Shown here: positions 39,502 through 49,814 of the stretch, one piece after another | Layout: each line of letters opens with the position of its first letter | Position numbering within the stretch: the first letter of the stretch is position 1 | NCBI GenBank assembly: GCA_016191465.1 | Contig: JACPOP010000008.1 | Location: 113,129 to 177,128, forward strand | Reading direction: 5' to 3' | DNA: 64,000 nt | Origin: Chloroflexota bacterium | GTDB taxonomy: Bacteria; Chloroflexota; UBA6077; CF-72 | Made by a program: the position numbers and the translations under genes | Notes under the pieces: generated by a model | What the model saw: only the letters and a program-made list of their open reading frames with translations | Databases searched by the model: none | What the model was told of the DNA's origin: nothing

Positions 39502-41472
39502 TTACTTCGCAACCCGCGGCGCCGAGGCGCTGGCGCTGACGAAGTAGGTGGCACAGGCGCGGTCGATGAGGTCCGCGCTGCCCAGGTCAGGGACGACCTG
39601 TTTGTACTTCGCGATCGCGATCATCTGGTCCAGGATGTCGCGGGGCTGGCACATGCGCAGGGGGCGGTCGAACGGCTGCCACCAGGTATCCAGCATGTAC
39701 TCCAGGCCGGCCTCGTTGAACGGCACGTTCCGCACCCGACACATGATCTGCATGATCTGGGTGAAGTGCTCCTTGGAGGGATCCTTCACGTCGATTTTGA
39801 ACTTGATGCGGCGCAGGAACGCGTCGTCCACCAGGTCCTTCGGGTCGAGATTGGTGGAAAACGCGATCAACTGGTCGAACGGAATCTGGATCTTCTTGCC
39901 CGTGACCAGCGTCAGGTAATCAACCTTCTTCTCCAGCGGCACGATCCACCGGTTTAGCAGGTCCTGCGGGCGCATCGCCTGGCGGCCGAAGTCGTCGATG
40001 AGGAACATGCCGCCATTGGCCTTCATCTGCAACGGGGCTTCGTAGAACTTCCCGATCTCGCTCCACAGCAGGTCCAGGGTGGCCATCGTCAGCTCGCCGC
40101 CGGCGACGACCGTCGGCCGCTTGATGCGCACCCAGCGGGCATCCTGGCCCTGGGCGGCTCGGCCCATCGGCTCGTGGACCAGGTAATCAAGCAGCTTGAC
40201 GACATAGCCGTCCACCTCGACGGCGAAGGGGATGTAGATCGAATCGCCCATCAGGTTGGTAATGCGCTCGGCGATGGACGTCTTGCCGTTGCCGGGATAG
40301 CCAAATAGGAACATGGCCGAGGCCGAGTTCACCGCGGGCCCCACCTGGTCCAGGATCTCCGGGTGGATCACCAGGTCAGAGAAGGCCTGCTGAATGCTCT
40401 CCTCGGTGACCACAACGTGCTTGATGGTCTGCGCCTTGACTCCAGCGATGTACTTGTCCAGGGGCACCGGCAGCGGGCCGCGGTACTGGGTCTTTTCCAG
40501 TGCTTCCAGGGCGCGGATGCTGCCTTTTGACGTGAGGCCGTACAGGTAGCCCTGGTCGCCGATACCCTTTTGCTTAAGGACCTCAATGAACTGGTCCTTG
40601 CGCAGCGCTTCCAGTTGGCCGCTGATGACCGTCAGGAACGGCAGCCCCACCTCTTCGGTGATCTGGCCACCGGTCAGTTGCTGGGCGAAGTACAGCGTGC
40701 GGAGGATGTGGTCCTGCACGAATGGCGCGGTCAGGCCCGTCTCTTCGAGGCTGTCCGGCGATGACGGGAAGAACAGAATGGCAGACGATGGCGGTGGCGG
40801 CGCGATCTCAGACACCGCCGGCATGGACACCGAGAGCGGGACGGCAACCGGTGGTGCAGGTGCGGGCATCAGCGGGGGCGCGATGGGGGGGACGTACTGG
40901 ATGGGTGGCGCCATCGGCGGAATGGGTGCTGGTGCCACGGCGAGTGGGGGCAGCGGGAGCGGCGCTACGGCCTGCGGGGGGAGCAGCGGCGCCGGTGCTG
41001 CCGGGGGAGCCAGCGGCTGCGGAGCCTGGAACGCCGCGGGCAGCGGTGGGGGCGGCACCGGGGCGGGCGCAGGGAGGAAGCTGACGGCCGCCAGCTCGGG
41101 TTGCCAGGCGGGTGGTGGCGGCGTGGGCGGTGCCATGATGGCTGGAGCGGCAATGCCAAATGGATCCGCGGCGGGGGCGACAAAGGCAACGGGCAGCGGT
41201 TCGGGCGCGGGCTGGTAGACCGGTCCCGGCGCAGGGAGCTCGGCGATGGCGACCGCGGCCGGCTCGGCGTGGAGTGGTGGCTCCGCCTCAATCCCGGCCG
41301 CCGGTGGGGGTTCCGGCGCGACGCCCGTCAGCAACGCGGCGGGCGGCTCCAGGACGGCCGCGGGCTGCGGCTCAGGCTCGGGTCGCGGCGCGGCCACCGG
41401 GGACCGTCCCAGGATTTGGCTTAACCGGGCGTCGTACTGGTCTTTATCCTTCTTATTGTCGAACAGGCCCAT
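39502..41472 (-). CDS. AAA+ ATPase with long Pro-rich N-terminus
   Basis: GYPGNGKTS, LIDDFGRQ, FSTNLDP, AFLRRI; about 210-aa Pro/Ala-rich N-terminus. Confidence 0.85.
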   Translation of the reverse strand: MGLFDNKKDKDQYDARLSQILGRSPVAAPRPEPEPQPAAVLEPPAALLTGVAPEPPPAAGIEAEPPLHAEPAAVAIAELPAPGPVYQPAPEPLPVAFVAPAADPFGIAAPAIMAPPTPPPPAWQPELAAVSFLPAPAPVPPPPLPAAFQAPQPLAPPAAPAPLLPPQAVAPLPLPPLAVAPAPIPPMAPPIQYVPPIAPPLMPAPAPPVAVPLSVSMPAVSEIAPPPPSSAILFFPSSPDSLEETGLTAPFVQDHILRTLYFAQQLTGGQITEEVGLPFLTVISGQLEALRKDQFIEVLKQKGIGDQGYLYGLTSKGSIRALEALEKTQYRGPLPVPLDKYIAGVKAQTIKHVVVTEESIQQAFSDLVIHPEILDQVGPAVNSASAMFLFGYPGNGKTSIAERITNLMGDSIYIPFAVEVDGYVVKLLDYLVHEPMGRAAQGQDARWVRIKRPTVVAGGELTMATLDLLWSEIGKFYEAPLQMKANGGMFLIDDFGRQAMRPQDLLNRWIVPLEKKVDYLTLVTGKKIQIPFDQLIAFSTNLDPKDLVDDAFLRRIKFKIDVKDPSKEHFTQIMQIMCRVRNVPFNEAGLEYMLDTWWQPFDRPLRMCQPRDILDQMIAIAKYKQVVPDLGSADLIDRACATYFVSASASAPRVAK

Positions 41473-41559
41473 AGCGTGCCACGCCCCTTCTGGAAGTGGA
41501 CGGGTTGTACTTCATCCGGCCCGAGCGGGCCTAATGGTATAACGCCCGACAGGCAGGTC

Positions 41560-42450
41560 ATGTCGCCGCTCGCCCGAACCATGTCCGATTTTACGGGGAT
41601 CCCGCCGGTCAGCCGAGATGTCGAGATCGTTCTGGAGGACGACCTCGCACCGGTTGGCCCCACGCCAACGCTGGACGACCTGGGCGCTGAATCGCGCGAT
41701 CGCATCGTGCGCTTCATCATTGCCAACACACTGGGCGGCGGGGTGGCGCCCACGGCGGTGATCGCGTTGTATGCGGACCTCGCGGGCGATCCGCCGGCTA
41801 TCCGCTACGCGGACCAGCGTTTCATGCTGCGCCAGATCCCGCCGGACTGGCGCGAGGTCGAGGAGCACGTGGTGGACCTCGACGAGACGGCCCGCGGGCG
41901 AGGCATGGACCTCGGCTCGGCCTGGCGCCGGGCAACCGCGGTTGCCGTTGGCTCTGAAGACCCGCTCGAGCACCTGGCGCGGCTCGCCGGCGCGCACCGC
42001 ACCGGATCACGCTCTGGCCGCTCCATCTTCGACGACCCCGAGGACCTCGACGGGCTGGACGACGACATGGACGCGACGCTCCATGCGCGACTTGAGGCGC
42101 GCCAGCCGGACCTCGTGGACCTCGACGATCTCGCCCAGGGCCGAATCCGCCGCTACGCGATCGAGGAGCAGCTCGAGCATGGGCTGCCGCCGTACGAGCT
42201 CATCGAGCTGTACCGCGGGTTTGACGAGAGCGGCGACGAACGCGCTCGGCAGTACCTGGACCGGGTGTTCGTGGAGCACGAGGCTCCTTACGACTGGGAT
42301 GAGCTCCAGAAGGAAGCACGCCGGGTCATGGCCGCCGCACAGAGCCGAGGCCGCGACGCCGGAAGGCTGTTCGCGACGATTGTCGGAACCTCACCGGGGA
42401 CCGACGCACTGGTCGCGCTCCACGTGGTGATGGAGCGGTTGCAGCTCTGA
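41560..42450 (+). CDS. Hypothetical protein with two tandem homologous ~105-aa helical domains
   Basis: Internal repeat visible in translation; TATAAC -10 upstream; divergent from the ATPase. Confidence 0.75.
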   Translation: MSPLARTMSDFTGIPPVSRDVEIVLEDDLAPVGPTPTLDDLGAESRDRIVRFIIANTLGGGVAPTAVIALYADLAGDPPAIRYADQRFMLRQIPPDWREVEEHVVDLDETARGRGMDLGSAWRRATAVAVGSEDPLEHLARLAGAHRTGSRSGRSIFDDPEDLDGLDDDMDATLHARLEARQPDLVDLDDLAQGRIRRYAIEEQLEHGLPPYELIELYRGFDESGDERARQYLDRVFVEHEAPYDWDELQKEARRVMAAAQSRGRDAGRLFATIVGTSPGTDALVALHVVMERLQL

Positions 42451-42673
42451 GCCCGGCCGTCGATGGACGGGAAGCTGGCGTGTTCACCATCTCTTGATCA
42501 CACCCCGTTGGCCACGGGCTCGTGGGCCGATTGCCTAGCATTGGGCTATTCCACCGGAGCGCAGGGAGTCGGAGGGGGCGCGCCGCGCCCCCTCCGGGAA
42601 AGAACACTTCCCCCTTTCCGCGCACGGGAGGGGGCGAGGGGGGTGTGCCCGGGAACGCCGCACAGCGTGCTCG

Positions 42674-43228
42674 CTAGTGGTGATAGCCGTTGGTGCGGAC
42701 GCACCCGTGGGGCTGCTCGAGGGACTGGACCGGCTCGCCGCAGAGGGGACAGCGTGGACGGCCGGCAGCCACCACGTCAGCGACGTTACGGCTGAGCGTT
42801 CGGAGCTGCTCTCGGGTAGCGCGGCAGGAGAATGTCGGCGGCTGGGTCGGCTCGGCCACCGTCTCCTCCGTGAGGCCCGCGGCGTCATAGACCAGCAGGA
42901 CGTAGCGCGGACCCGTCTCGAGCTCCGACTCGTCCTGGCCCAGGGCTAGGCGGCCGATCCGGAAGTCCAACGTGGGGCGCTGGGGGAAGCTCTCTTCCGC
43001 AGGCTGATTCGGCGGATCACCTGCCGAGACAAGCCGTCCCTGGAGCTCAGCCAGGATCTGTTCCACGGCCAGGCCAAGGGCTTGAAGCTGTTCCTTTTCC
43101 AGGACGAGGGCCGCGGACCGGCCGTCGCTTGCCTCGATCAGGAGGCGAAAGGTCCGTTCGCCGGGCCGACCCTGCGCCTGCGCCTGCAGGCGGGTCACGG
43201 GTCCAAAGGTGTGCTGCGCGTTAAACAC
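42674..43228 (-). CDS. DUF3090 family protein
   Basis: GRPGERTFRL, LEKEQL, VVAAGRPRCPLCG...HGCVRTNG. Confidence 0.88.
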   Translation of the reverse strand: MFNAQHTFGPVTRLQAQAQGRPGERTFRLLIEASDGRSAALVLEKEQLQALGLAVEQILAELQGRLVSAGDPPNQPAEESFPQRPTLDFRIGRLALGQDESELETGPRYVLLVYDAAGLTEETVAEPTQPPTFSCRATREQLRTLSRNVADVVAAGRPRCPLCGEPVQSLEQPHGCVRTNGYHH

Positions 43229-43348
43229 GGTCCACCCAAGGATACGTGAATCCGTGGTTCGCTTCGGACGCAGCGGGCGCCGCGGGCGCCGCTCCGCTGA
43301 GCGCGGCGCGGCGGGTGGCACTCATCGACCACCGCGCCAACGGGCTGG

Positions 43349-44635
43349 TTACGCGAGCCGGCGCTGGTACAGCCGCCGAACCGTCGCCAGACCATCGACG
43401 AGCGCATCGACCTCGTCGGCGGTGTTGTACACGTAGAAGCTGGCGCGCGAAGTGGCCGCAACGTCTAATGAGCGATGCAGGAGCTGGCAGCAGTGGTGGC
43501 CGACGCGGATGGCGATGCCGGCCTCGTCGAGAACAGTCCCTGCATCGTGCGGATGCACGCCTTCCATGTTAAAGGCCACTACACCGGTGCGGGCTTCAGG
43601 ATTTCGGGGTCCATAGACCGTGATGTCGGGCACCGTTGCGAGGCGCTCCAGTGCGTAGGCGGTGAGCTCGACCTCGTGCCGGCGCACGTTCTCCATGCCC
43701 AGTGCGTCCAGGTAATCGCAGGCGGCGGCGAGGCCGATCGCATCGGCGATGTTCGGCGTGCCGGCGTCGAACTTGTCGGGAAGGTCCGCCCAGGTGGAGC
43801 GGTCCTCGTACACCTCGCGGATCATCCCACCCCCGCCCAGGAACGGCGGCATCGCTTCCAGGAGGTTACGCCGGCCCCACAGCACCCCGATGCCGGTCGG
43901 CCCCAGCATCTTGTGGCCAGAGAACGCGTAGAAGTCCACGCCCAGGTCGGCAATCCGGACCGGGAGGTGCGGCGTGCTCTGCGCCCCATCGGCCACCACC
44001 AGCGCCCCGCGGGCATGGGCAAGCTCTGCGATCTCTGCGAGGGGCAGGATCGTGCCCAGAACATTCGAGGCATGGGCGACCGCCACGACCCGCGTGCGGT
44101 CGGTCAGCAGCGCCCGAAACGCGTCCATATCCAGGGTGCCATCGACGCGGGTCGGAACCACGCGAATACGTGCGCCCCGTTCCGCTGCCACCCGCTGCCA
44201 CGGCACCAGGCTGGAATGGTGCTCCAACACGGTGCTGATAATCTCGTCGCCCGCGCGCAGGTTCTCGCGGCCCCAGGCAATTGCCACCAGGTTCAGCGCT
44301 TCGGTCGTGTTGCGGGTGAAGACCACTTCCAGGGGGTCTGTCACGCCGATGAACCGACCGGCGCGTTCGCGCGCGGCCTCGTACTGGTCCGTGGCTTCCA
44401 TGCTGAGGGTGTGAACGCCGCGGTGCACGTTGGCGTTGCCGGTCTCGTAGAAATCCACGATTGCCTGGATCACCTGGCGCGGCTTCTGGGCGGTGGAGGC
44501 GTTATCCAGGTAAATCAGCGGTTTGCCATGGATCTCGCGGCCCAGAATGGGGAAATCAGCGCGGATCCGCGCAACATCGAGCGCGTCTCGAGTGGGGCGG
44601 GAATTGCGCGGTTGCGTGGTCATCGTCGAGGACAT
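43349..44635 (-). CDS. sufS: SufS-family cysteine desulfurase
   Basis: YLDNASTAQKP, SGHKMLGPTG, RVGHHC, RASFYVYN. Confidence 0.95.
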   Translation of the reverse strand: MSSTMTTQPRNSRPTRDALDVARIRADFPILGREIHGKPLIYLDNASTAQKPRQVIQAIVDFYETGNANVHRGVHTLSMEATDQYEAARERAGRFIGVTDPLEVVFTRNTTEALNLVAIAWGRENLRAGDEIISTVLEHHSSLVPWQRVAAERGARIRVVPTRVDGTLDMDAFRALLTDRTRVVAVAHASNVLGTILPLAEIAELAHARGALVVADGAQSTPHLPVRIADLGVDFYAFSGHKMLGPTGIGVLWGRRNLLEAMPPFLGGGGMIREVYEDRSTWADLPDKFDAGTPNIADAIGLAAACDYLDALGMENVRRHEVELTAYALERLATVPDITVYGPRNPEARTGVVAFNMEGVHPHDAGTVLDEAGIAIRVGHHCCQLLHRSLDVAATSRASFYVYNTADEVDALVDGLATVRRLYQRRLA

Positions 44636-44694
44636 GGCGGCTCCTGGCGAGGAAATCCTACCAAATTAGTCGGATTTCACGCCGCGACTAGCTG

Positions 44695-45177
44695 TCAGGG
44701 GTCCTCGCTCACCCTGCGGTCCACCCCGCGGCCAGCCATCGGCAGCAGATACCAGAGCCAGGCAATCAGAATGACGACTGCGCTGGCAACGCCAAGCGCC
44801 ACCGTGTCACCGAATAGCACGTCCGTGATCAAGTAGACCACCGCGATGATGGTCAGAGCCAGGAAGGCGACTCCGGCAAGGGCCTGCTGATTCGCCAGCC
44901 GCAGCATCCGCTCCTTGTCGAACTGGCGCCAACGTAAACGGTGATACGACGCGAGCGCCATCAACAGCACCGTGGAAACCGTCGAGAAGACGAATGCAAG
45001 GAAATAGACGGACCGTTCGATAGATCGAATCTGCGAAAAGCCCGTGTTGAAGGGCACGATCAACAGGAATGCGAACAGCACCTGAACGCCCGGCAGGACG
45101 AGGCGCAGCTCCTGAATGAGCTCGGCCAGCTCACGGTCGAGCCGCTCTCCCTTCTCGGCGTCAGACGGGCTTGTCAC
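44695..45177 (-). CDS. DUF6328 family membrane protein
   Basis: ELIQELRLVLPGVQVLFAFLL motif, 4 TMs. Confidence 0.85.
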   Translation of the reverse strand: MTSPSDAEKGERLDRELAELIQELRLVLPGVQVLFAFLLIVPFNTGFSQIRSIERSVYFLAFVFSTVSTVLLMALASYHRLRWRQFDKERMLRLANQQALAGVAFLALTIIAVVYLITDVLFGDTVALGVASAVVILIAWLWYLLPMAGRGVDRRVSEDP

Positions 45178-45384
45178 GAATCACGTGTGCCGTACTGCAC
45201 GTTCAATAGCTCGGGCTGTCCTCATCGTCCGCATCACGTCCCACCACCTTCATGAACACTCTCGTGGCCGTGCTCGTCCAGCGCCGCAGGTTTCGCACCA
45301 CGGGCTCGGCGGAAGTCAGTTTGCAAGATCAACGCCCGTACGTAGGGTCGGCGCAAACGAGCCGACGGACATCTGGCTCAACTT

Positions 45385-46440
45385 CTACCCGAGCGCGTTC
45401 GGGAGGAAAAAGAAGACCACGCCGGCCATGGCGTACAACGCAAGGAGCTGTACCCCTTCAAGCCAGTTTGACTCGCCGTCGATATTGATGTACGCGAACA
45501 CGGCCGTCGCAAGTACCAGGATGGCTAACTCGAGCGGGGCGAACACCAGGTTCATCGGTTTGCCCATGGCCAGGCTCAGGAACACCAGTACCGGCGCCAC
45601 CAGGACCGCGATTTGCGTGCTGGAGCCCGAGGCGATGGCGAGGCTGAGATCCATTCGGTTTCGCCAGGCGAACTGCACCGCGGCGAAGTGCTCGGCGACG
45701 TTCCCGACGATCGGCACGATGATCACGCCCACGAAGAACTCGCTCCACCCCAGTTGGCGGGTCACAGGCTCCACGGCGCCAACGAGCATCTCGCTGACCA
45801 CGGCGGTCCCGGCGGTCGCCGCCGCCAGGACCAACAGCGATTTCCGCCGCGTCCAGGAAGCCTCATTGGCGGCGCCCTCCTGCTCCAGCACGTCCGTGTT
45901 CGTGATCGTGTACGCCAGGTACGCAAGGTACGTCACCAGCAACAGCCCAGCCACGATCAGACTTATGTTCTCGACGACCGGAAGGTCGTTGTCGACAAAC
46001 GCAAACGTGGCGGGAAGGATGAGCCCAGCGATCGCCAGGATCATCATGACCGAGTTGTGGCTGGTCTCTCGGGGGTCATACCGCTGGACACCATTGCGTA
46101 CGCCTCCCGCCAGCAGCGCCATGCCTAGTACCAGCAGGGTGTTGCCAATGATGGAGCCTGTGATCGACGCCTTCACCAGCGTGAGCAAACCCCGCTGAAT
46201 GGCGAACACAGTGATGATGAGCTCTGCCGCGTTGCCAAAGGTGGCATTGAGAAGGCCGCCGAACCGGGGCCCCAGGTGGTACGCAAGCTCTTCCGTGGCC
46301 AGACCGATGAGACCTGCGAGCGGAATGAGGCTGATGGCCGAAGCCCCAAAGATCACCAGTGGCGCCCAACCCATGGCCCGGGCGGCTAATGCGAGTGGCG
46401 CGAACGCCAGTAAGACCCAGTACCAGCGGGGCACGAGCAC
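45385..46440 (-). CDS. Ca2+/H+ antiporter (Cax/ChaA)
   Basis: GLLNATFGNAAELI and GNVAEH alpha-repeats, GSSTQIA, SNWLEG. Confidence 0.93.
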   Translation of the reverse strand: MLVPRWYWVLLAFAPLALAARAMGWAPLVIFGASAISLIPLAGLIGLATEELAYHLGPRFGGLLNATFGNAAELIITVFAIQRGLLTLVKASITGSIIGNTLLVLGMALLAGGVRNGVQRYDPRETSHNSVMMILAIAGLILPATFAFVDNDLPVVENISLIVAGLLLVTYLAYLAYTITNTDVLEQEGAANEASWTRRKSLLVLAAATAGTAVVSEMLVGAVEPVTRQLGWSEFFVGVIIVPIVGNVAEHFAAVQFAWRNRMDLSLAIASGSSTQIAVLVAPVLVFLSLAMGKPMNLVFAPLELAILVLATAVFAYINIDGESNWLEGVQLLALYAMAGVVFFFLPNALG

Positions 46441-46692
46441 TCCTTCTCCCAGCGGCTACGACGGGACTTTGGCAAAGGGTGATCACGGACACCCTCCGCG
46501 TGTCCCCGCCGAGCCGGCACTCGCACGCGGGAGCGCGAACGAGCCGGCCGCCGCCACTTCCCATCCAGGATAGCGCGCCCGGGAGCGGGTGCCGAGCCGG
46601 CCGGCGCACCCACGGAGGGACGAAGGAGGCATCTGCCCTTCAGTCGGCGGAAGGATGCCTCACGTGGGCTAACTTCCCTAAGATCGCTGGCG

Positions 46693-47856
46693 ATGCAGAG
46701 AGCGAGTGCGCTCGGGCCGCTCGGCATTCTCGGCGGCGGCCAGTTGGGCCGCATGACGGCCGAGGCGGCGAGCCGTCTGGGCGTGGACGTCGTGGTCGCG
46801 GAGCGCTTCCAGCGTTCCCCGGCCGCGCGGATTGCCGCTCATGAGGTGGTCTTTCCCGGCGCCACCTGGGACGACGACGACGCGATTGAACGCTTCGCCG
46901 ACCTCGCGCCCGTGGTGACGCTGGAGAATGAGTTCGTGGACGCGGGCGTGCTGCGCAAGATCGAAGCGCGGGGGAGCCGTGTATGGCCGGGCCCGACATC
47001 CGTTGGTACGGTCCAGGACAAGCTGCGTCAGAAGCACGCGCTGGCCCAGGCGGGCCTTCCCGTTCCGCCGTTCCGGCGTGTGGAGGAGCCTGGCGACCTC
47101 CTGCACCTGGCTGGTGAGCTCGGTTGGCCGCTCATGCTGAAGGCGCGCCGCGACGGGTACGACGGCTCCGGCAATGTCCTGGTGGCGAACGACGCCGGTT
47201 CGGTGGAGGCGTGCCGGAAGCTGGGGTGGCCGGAGCGCACCCTGTACGTGGAGCGCCAGGTGCGCTTCCTGCGCGAGCTCGCGGTGATCGTGGTCCGCGG
47301 CCGAGATGGCCAGAGCGTGGTGTACCCGGTGGTGGAGACGCGCCAGGACCCGCTGCTCCACGTGTGCCGCATGGTGCTGGCACCGGCACCCGTGGACCCG
47401 GTGATCGCCCGCGAAGCCGCGCGGGTGGCGAAGGCGGCCATCGAGGCCATGGATGGAGTGGGAGCCTGGGGCGTCGAGCTGTTCCTGCTGGAGGATGGCT
47501 CTCTTTCGGTGAACGAGCTCGCGCCCCGGCCGCACAACTCCGGGCACTACAGCATCGAGGGCTGCGTCACGTCGCAATTCGAGAACCACGTCCGCGCCGT
47601 GCTGGGTCTGCCACTGGGCGAGCCAACGCTGGTTGCACCGGCAGTGGGCATGGTGAACCTGCTCGGCCAGGGAGCGCCGTGTGTGAGCACCGGTGGCCTG
47701 GAGCGCGCGTTGCGAATTCCGGGCGCGCACGTGCACCTGTACGGCAAACACGAGAGCCGCCCCGGGCGCAAGATGGGCCACGTGACGGCCACGGGCCAGA
47801 GCCTGGAGGACGCGATGGATCGTGCCCAACGGGCAGCGAACGCCCTACCGATCTGA
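46693..47856 (+). CDS. purK: N5-carboxyaminoimidazole ribonucleotide synthase
   Basis: GGGQLGRM, GYDGSG, NELAPRPHNSGH, HLYGK...RKMGHVT. Confidence 0.95.
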   Translation: MQRASALGPLGILGGGQLGRMTAEAASRLGVDVVVAERFQRSPAARIAAHEVVFPGATWDDDDAIERFADLAPVVTLENEFVDAGVLRKIEARGSRVWPGPTSVGTVQDKLRQKHALAQAGLPVPPFRRVEEPGDLLHLAGELGWPLMLKARRDGYDGSGNVLVANDAGSVEACRKLGWPERTLYVERQVRFLRELAVIVVRGRDGQSVVYPVVETRQDPLLHVCRMVLAPAPVDPVIAREAARVAKAAIEAMDGVGAWGVELFLLEDGSLSVNELAPRPHNSGHYSIEGCVTSQFENHVRAVLGLPLGEPTLVAPAVGMVNLLGQGAPCVSTGGLERALRIPGAHVHLYGKHESRPGRKMGHVTATGQSLEDAMDRAQRAANALPI

Positions 47857-48020
47857 TGGCGCACTCCGCAGTCTGCGGTCAGGGTGCGCTCTGGTTCGCT
47901 GGGCAAATCTGCCCCACATCGCCGGGTGCGCATGGCCGGGCTGCATCACCCGCGGCGGATAGCTCCGCGGCTTGGCGTCCCGCGTGCGCAAGAACAGCAC
48001 ACGCGGGAGACGGACGGGCG
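47856..48020 (+). pseudogene. Possible decayed purE remnant
   Basis: TGATG coupling after purK; SAPHRRVRMAG aligns with Pur[12 protein letters not shown]; short and weak. Confidence 0.4.
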
Positions 48021-48027
48021 TCGAGCT

Positions 48028-49014
48028 TTACGCGGCGGTCGGCTCGGCTTCGATCCCTGGATGCTTTCGAGGAACGATAATCAACTGAACCCCGGAGGAG
48101 TGTGCATAGCGCCCGGCCTCGTCATTCACCCAGCGGCCCGCTACCACCGGCACAACCGGCTGGCCGAGCTTTTCCAGAAGGTGTGATCGTTCGAGAACAC
48201 GGCGGACATCGCCCACACCAATCCCGGCCGAAACCTCCGTCACGAAGTACGCTTCTGCACCGTCGGGGCGTCGCGGGCCGCGTGCGACCACGTCGGCCAG
48301 CATCACGCTCTCGCGCTCCGGCTCGGTCAGGTGGCCGGCCTCGACGGCATCGTCGAGCAAGTCGGCCAGCACCGAGGGTTCTAGGACCCTGATCCTCCGC
48401 GCGAGGCGTCCGAGATAGGACGGAGCCCGGCGGGCAAACCGAAGCTCCATCAACTCACCATCCATCTCGCCAATCCGCCCCACCTGAGCCTGAAGCTGGG
48501 CGGTCAGTGATTCGACAGCACGGGTGAGCGCGTCCATCCGGACCGTGAGCGCGTCCACTCGTGCCGTGAGCGCGTCCATCCGGACCGTGAGCGCGTCCAC
48601 CCGTGCGGTGAGCGCCTCGACCTGGGCCGTGAGCGCGTCCATTCGGACCGTGAGCGCCTCGACCTGGGCGGTGAGCGCGTCCACTCGTGCGGTGAGGGCG
48701 TCCACCCGTGCGGTGAGCGCCTCGACCTGGACCGTGAGCGCGTCCACTCGTGCGGTGAGGGCGTCCATTCTGACCGTGAGCAGTTGGACTTGGGCGGTGA
48801 GCGCGTCCATTCGTGCGGTGAGCAGTTGGACCTGCCTGGCGAGCACGGCGAGCTGCTCATCAGTGTGCCGCTGCGCCTCGGCCAGGCTGCGCACGAGCTC
48901 CGGCAGAGCGAGCAGCTCCTCCGGGAGGACGTGCTGCCGAAGCTGCGCCCGCCACTCCGGATGCTCCTCCAGAAGACGAAGCAGGTCCTTGAAATCACCG
49001 ACGGTGAACGTCAC
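48028..49014 (-). CDS. Coiled-coil heptad-repeat protein with C-terminal PD-(D/E)xK-like domain
   Basis: FKDLLRLLEEHPEWRAQLR N-terminus; 17 heptads; ADVVARG...VTEVS...DVRR C-terminus. Confidence 0.8.
   Translation of the reverse strand: MTFTVGDFKDLLRLLEEHPEWRAQLRQHVLPEELLALPELVRSLAEAQRHTDEQLAVLARQVQLLTARMDALTAQVQLLTVRMDALTARVDALTVQVEALTARVDALTARVDALTAQVEALTVRMDALTAQVEALTARVDALTVRMDALTARVDALTVRMDALTRAVESLTAQLQAQVGRIGEMDGELMELRFARRAPSYLGRLARRIRVLEPSVLADLLDDAVEAGHLTEPERESVMLADVVARGPRRPDGAEAYFVTEVSAGIGVGDVRRVLERSHLLEKLGQPVVPVVAGRWVNDEAGRYAHSSGVQLIIVPRKHPGIEAEPTAA
48487..48843 (-). repeat. 17 x 21-bp in-frame tandem repeat
   Basis: Units encode LT[AV][RQ][VM][DE]A; 357 bp = 17 x 21. Confidence 0.95.
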
Positions 49015-49269
49015 ACCGGGAGTATCGCCGTTCACACCCCTCACGAGCACGTGACCAGAAGCACGTGCAGGTTTGGCGGTCAATTCGCCTGCGACAGTCG
49101 AGCACGGAGCTTGCGCGGCATACGTCTGGGTACCTGGCGCACCAGTGGCACGGCGGTGCCGACGCACGTACCGTAGAGGTCGCGCGGGTCATCCGGGCGC
49201 CGCGCTTCGAAGAAGACGAGGTACAGGCCGACGAGCGTCTGGATCAAAACGACCCCGAAGGCGGTGCGC

Positions 49270-49814
49270 AGCGCGCCGCGACAGGTACGATGGCTGCGAC
49301 AATGTTGTGTTGGCGAACGACGCAGGTTCGGTGGAGGCGTGTCGACAGTTCGGCTGGCCTGAGCGCACGCCGTACGTGGAGCGGCGTGCGCTCTCGCTGC
49401 GTGGCTCGCAGTGAGGGTGGTCCGCGGCCGAGATGGCCAGAGCGTCGCGCATCCCGTCGTGGAAACGCGCCCGGCCCTGGCACTCCCCGAAAGCCGCCTG
49501 GTGGTGGAACCAGCGCCGGTGGACGCCCCGTGACTGCCTGCGGAGCCGCGCGCGGCGATGGCGGCTTTCGGTGCGCTGGACGGAACGGAAGCCTGGGGCG
49601 TCGAGCTGCTCTTGCTGGAAGATGGCTCCATGGCAGGGAACGACCTGACGCCCGGGCTGTACAACTCGAGCCGCTACAGAATCGAAGGCTGCACCGGTGT
49701 GGCAAGCACCAGAGCCGCTCGGGCCGCAAAATGGGATACGTGACGGCAGTGGGCTCCCGACTGGGCGACGCGCTGAGCCGCGCCCCGCGCGTTGCGAGCG
49801 CGCTCCTCGTGTAA
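49270..49814 (+). pseudogene. purK: Decayed purK duplicate
   Basis: gcgccgcgacaggtacgatggctgcgacaatg...ttggcgaacgacgcaggttcggtggaggcgtg matches 47144 onward; WGVELLLLEDGS and RKMGYVT motifs in shifted frames; TAATG overlap with purE. Confidence 0.9.

Noticed and set aside
42561-42645. G/C-run hairpins between convergent genes
   Set aside because: Probably a terminator or REP-type sequence; no clear second copy in the window, so not called.
48487-48843. Possible CRISPR array
   Set aside because: Contiguous 21-bp units with no unique spacers, in frame within a CDS; no cas genes.
47144-49814. purK near-duplicate as a DGR template/variable repeat pair
   Set aside because: Differences affect all bases and include indels, not adenine-specific; no reverse transcriptase in the window.
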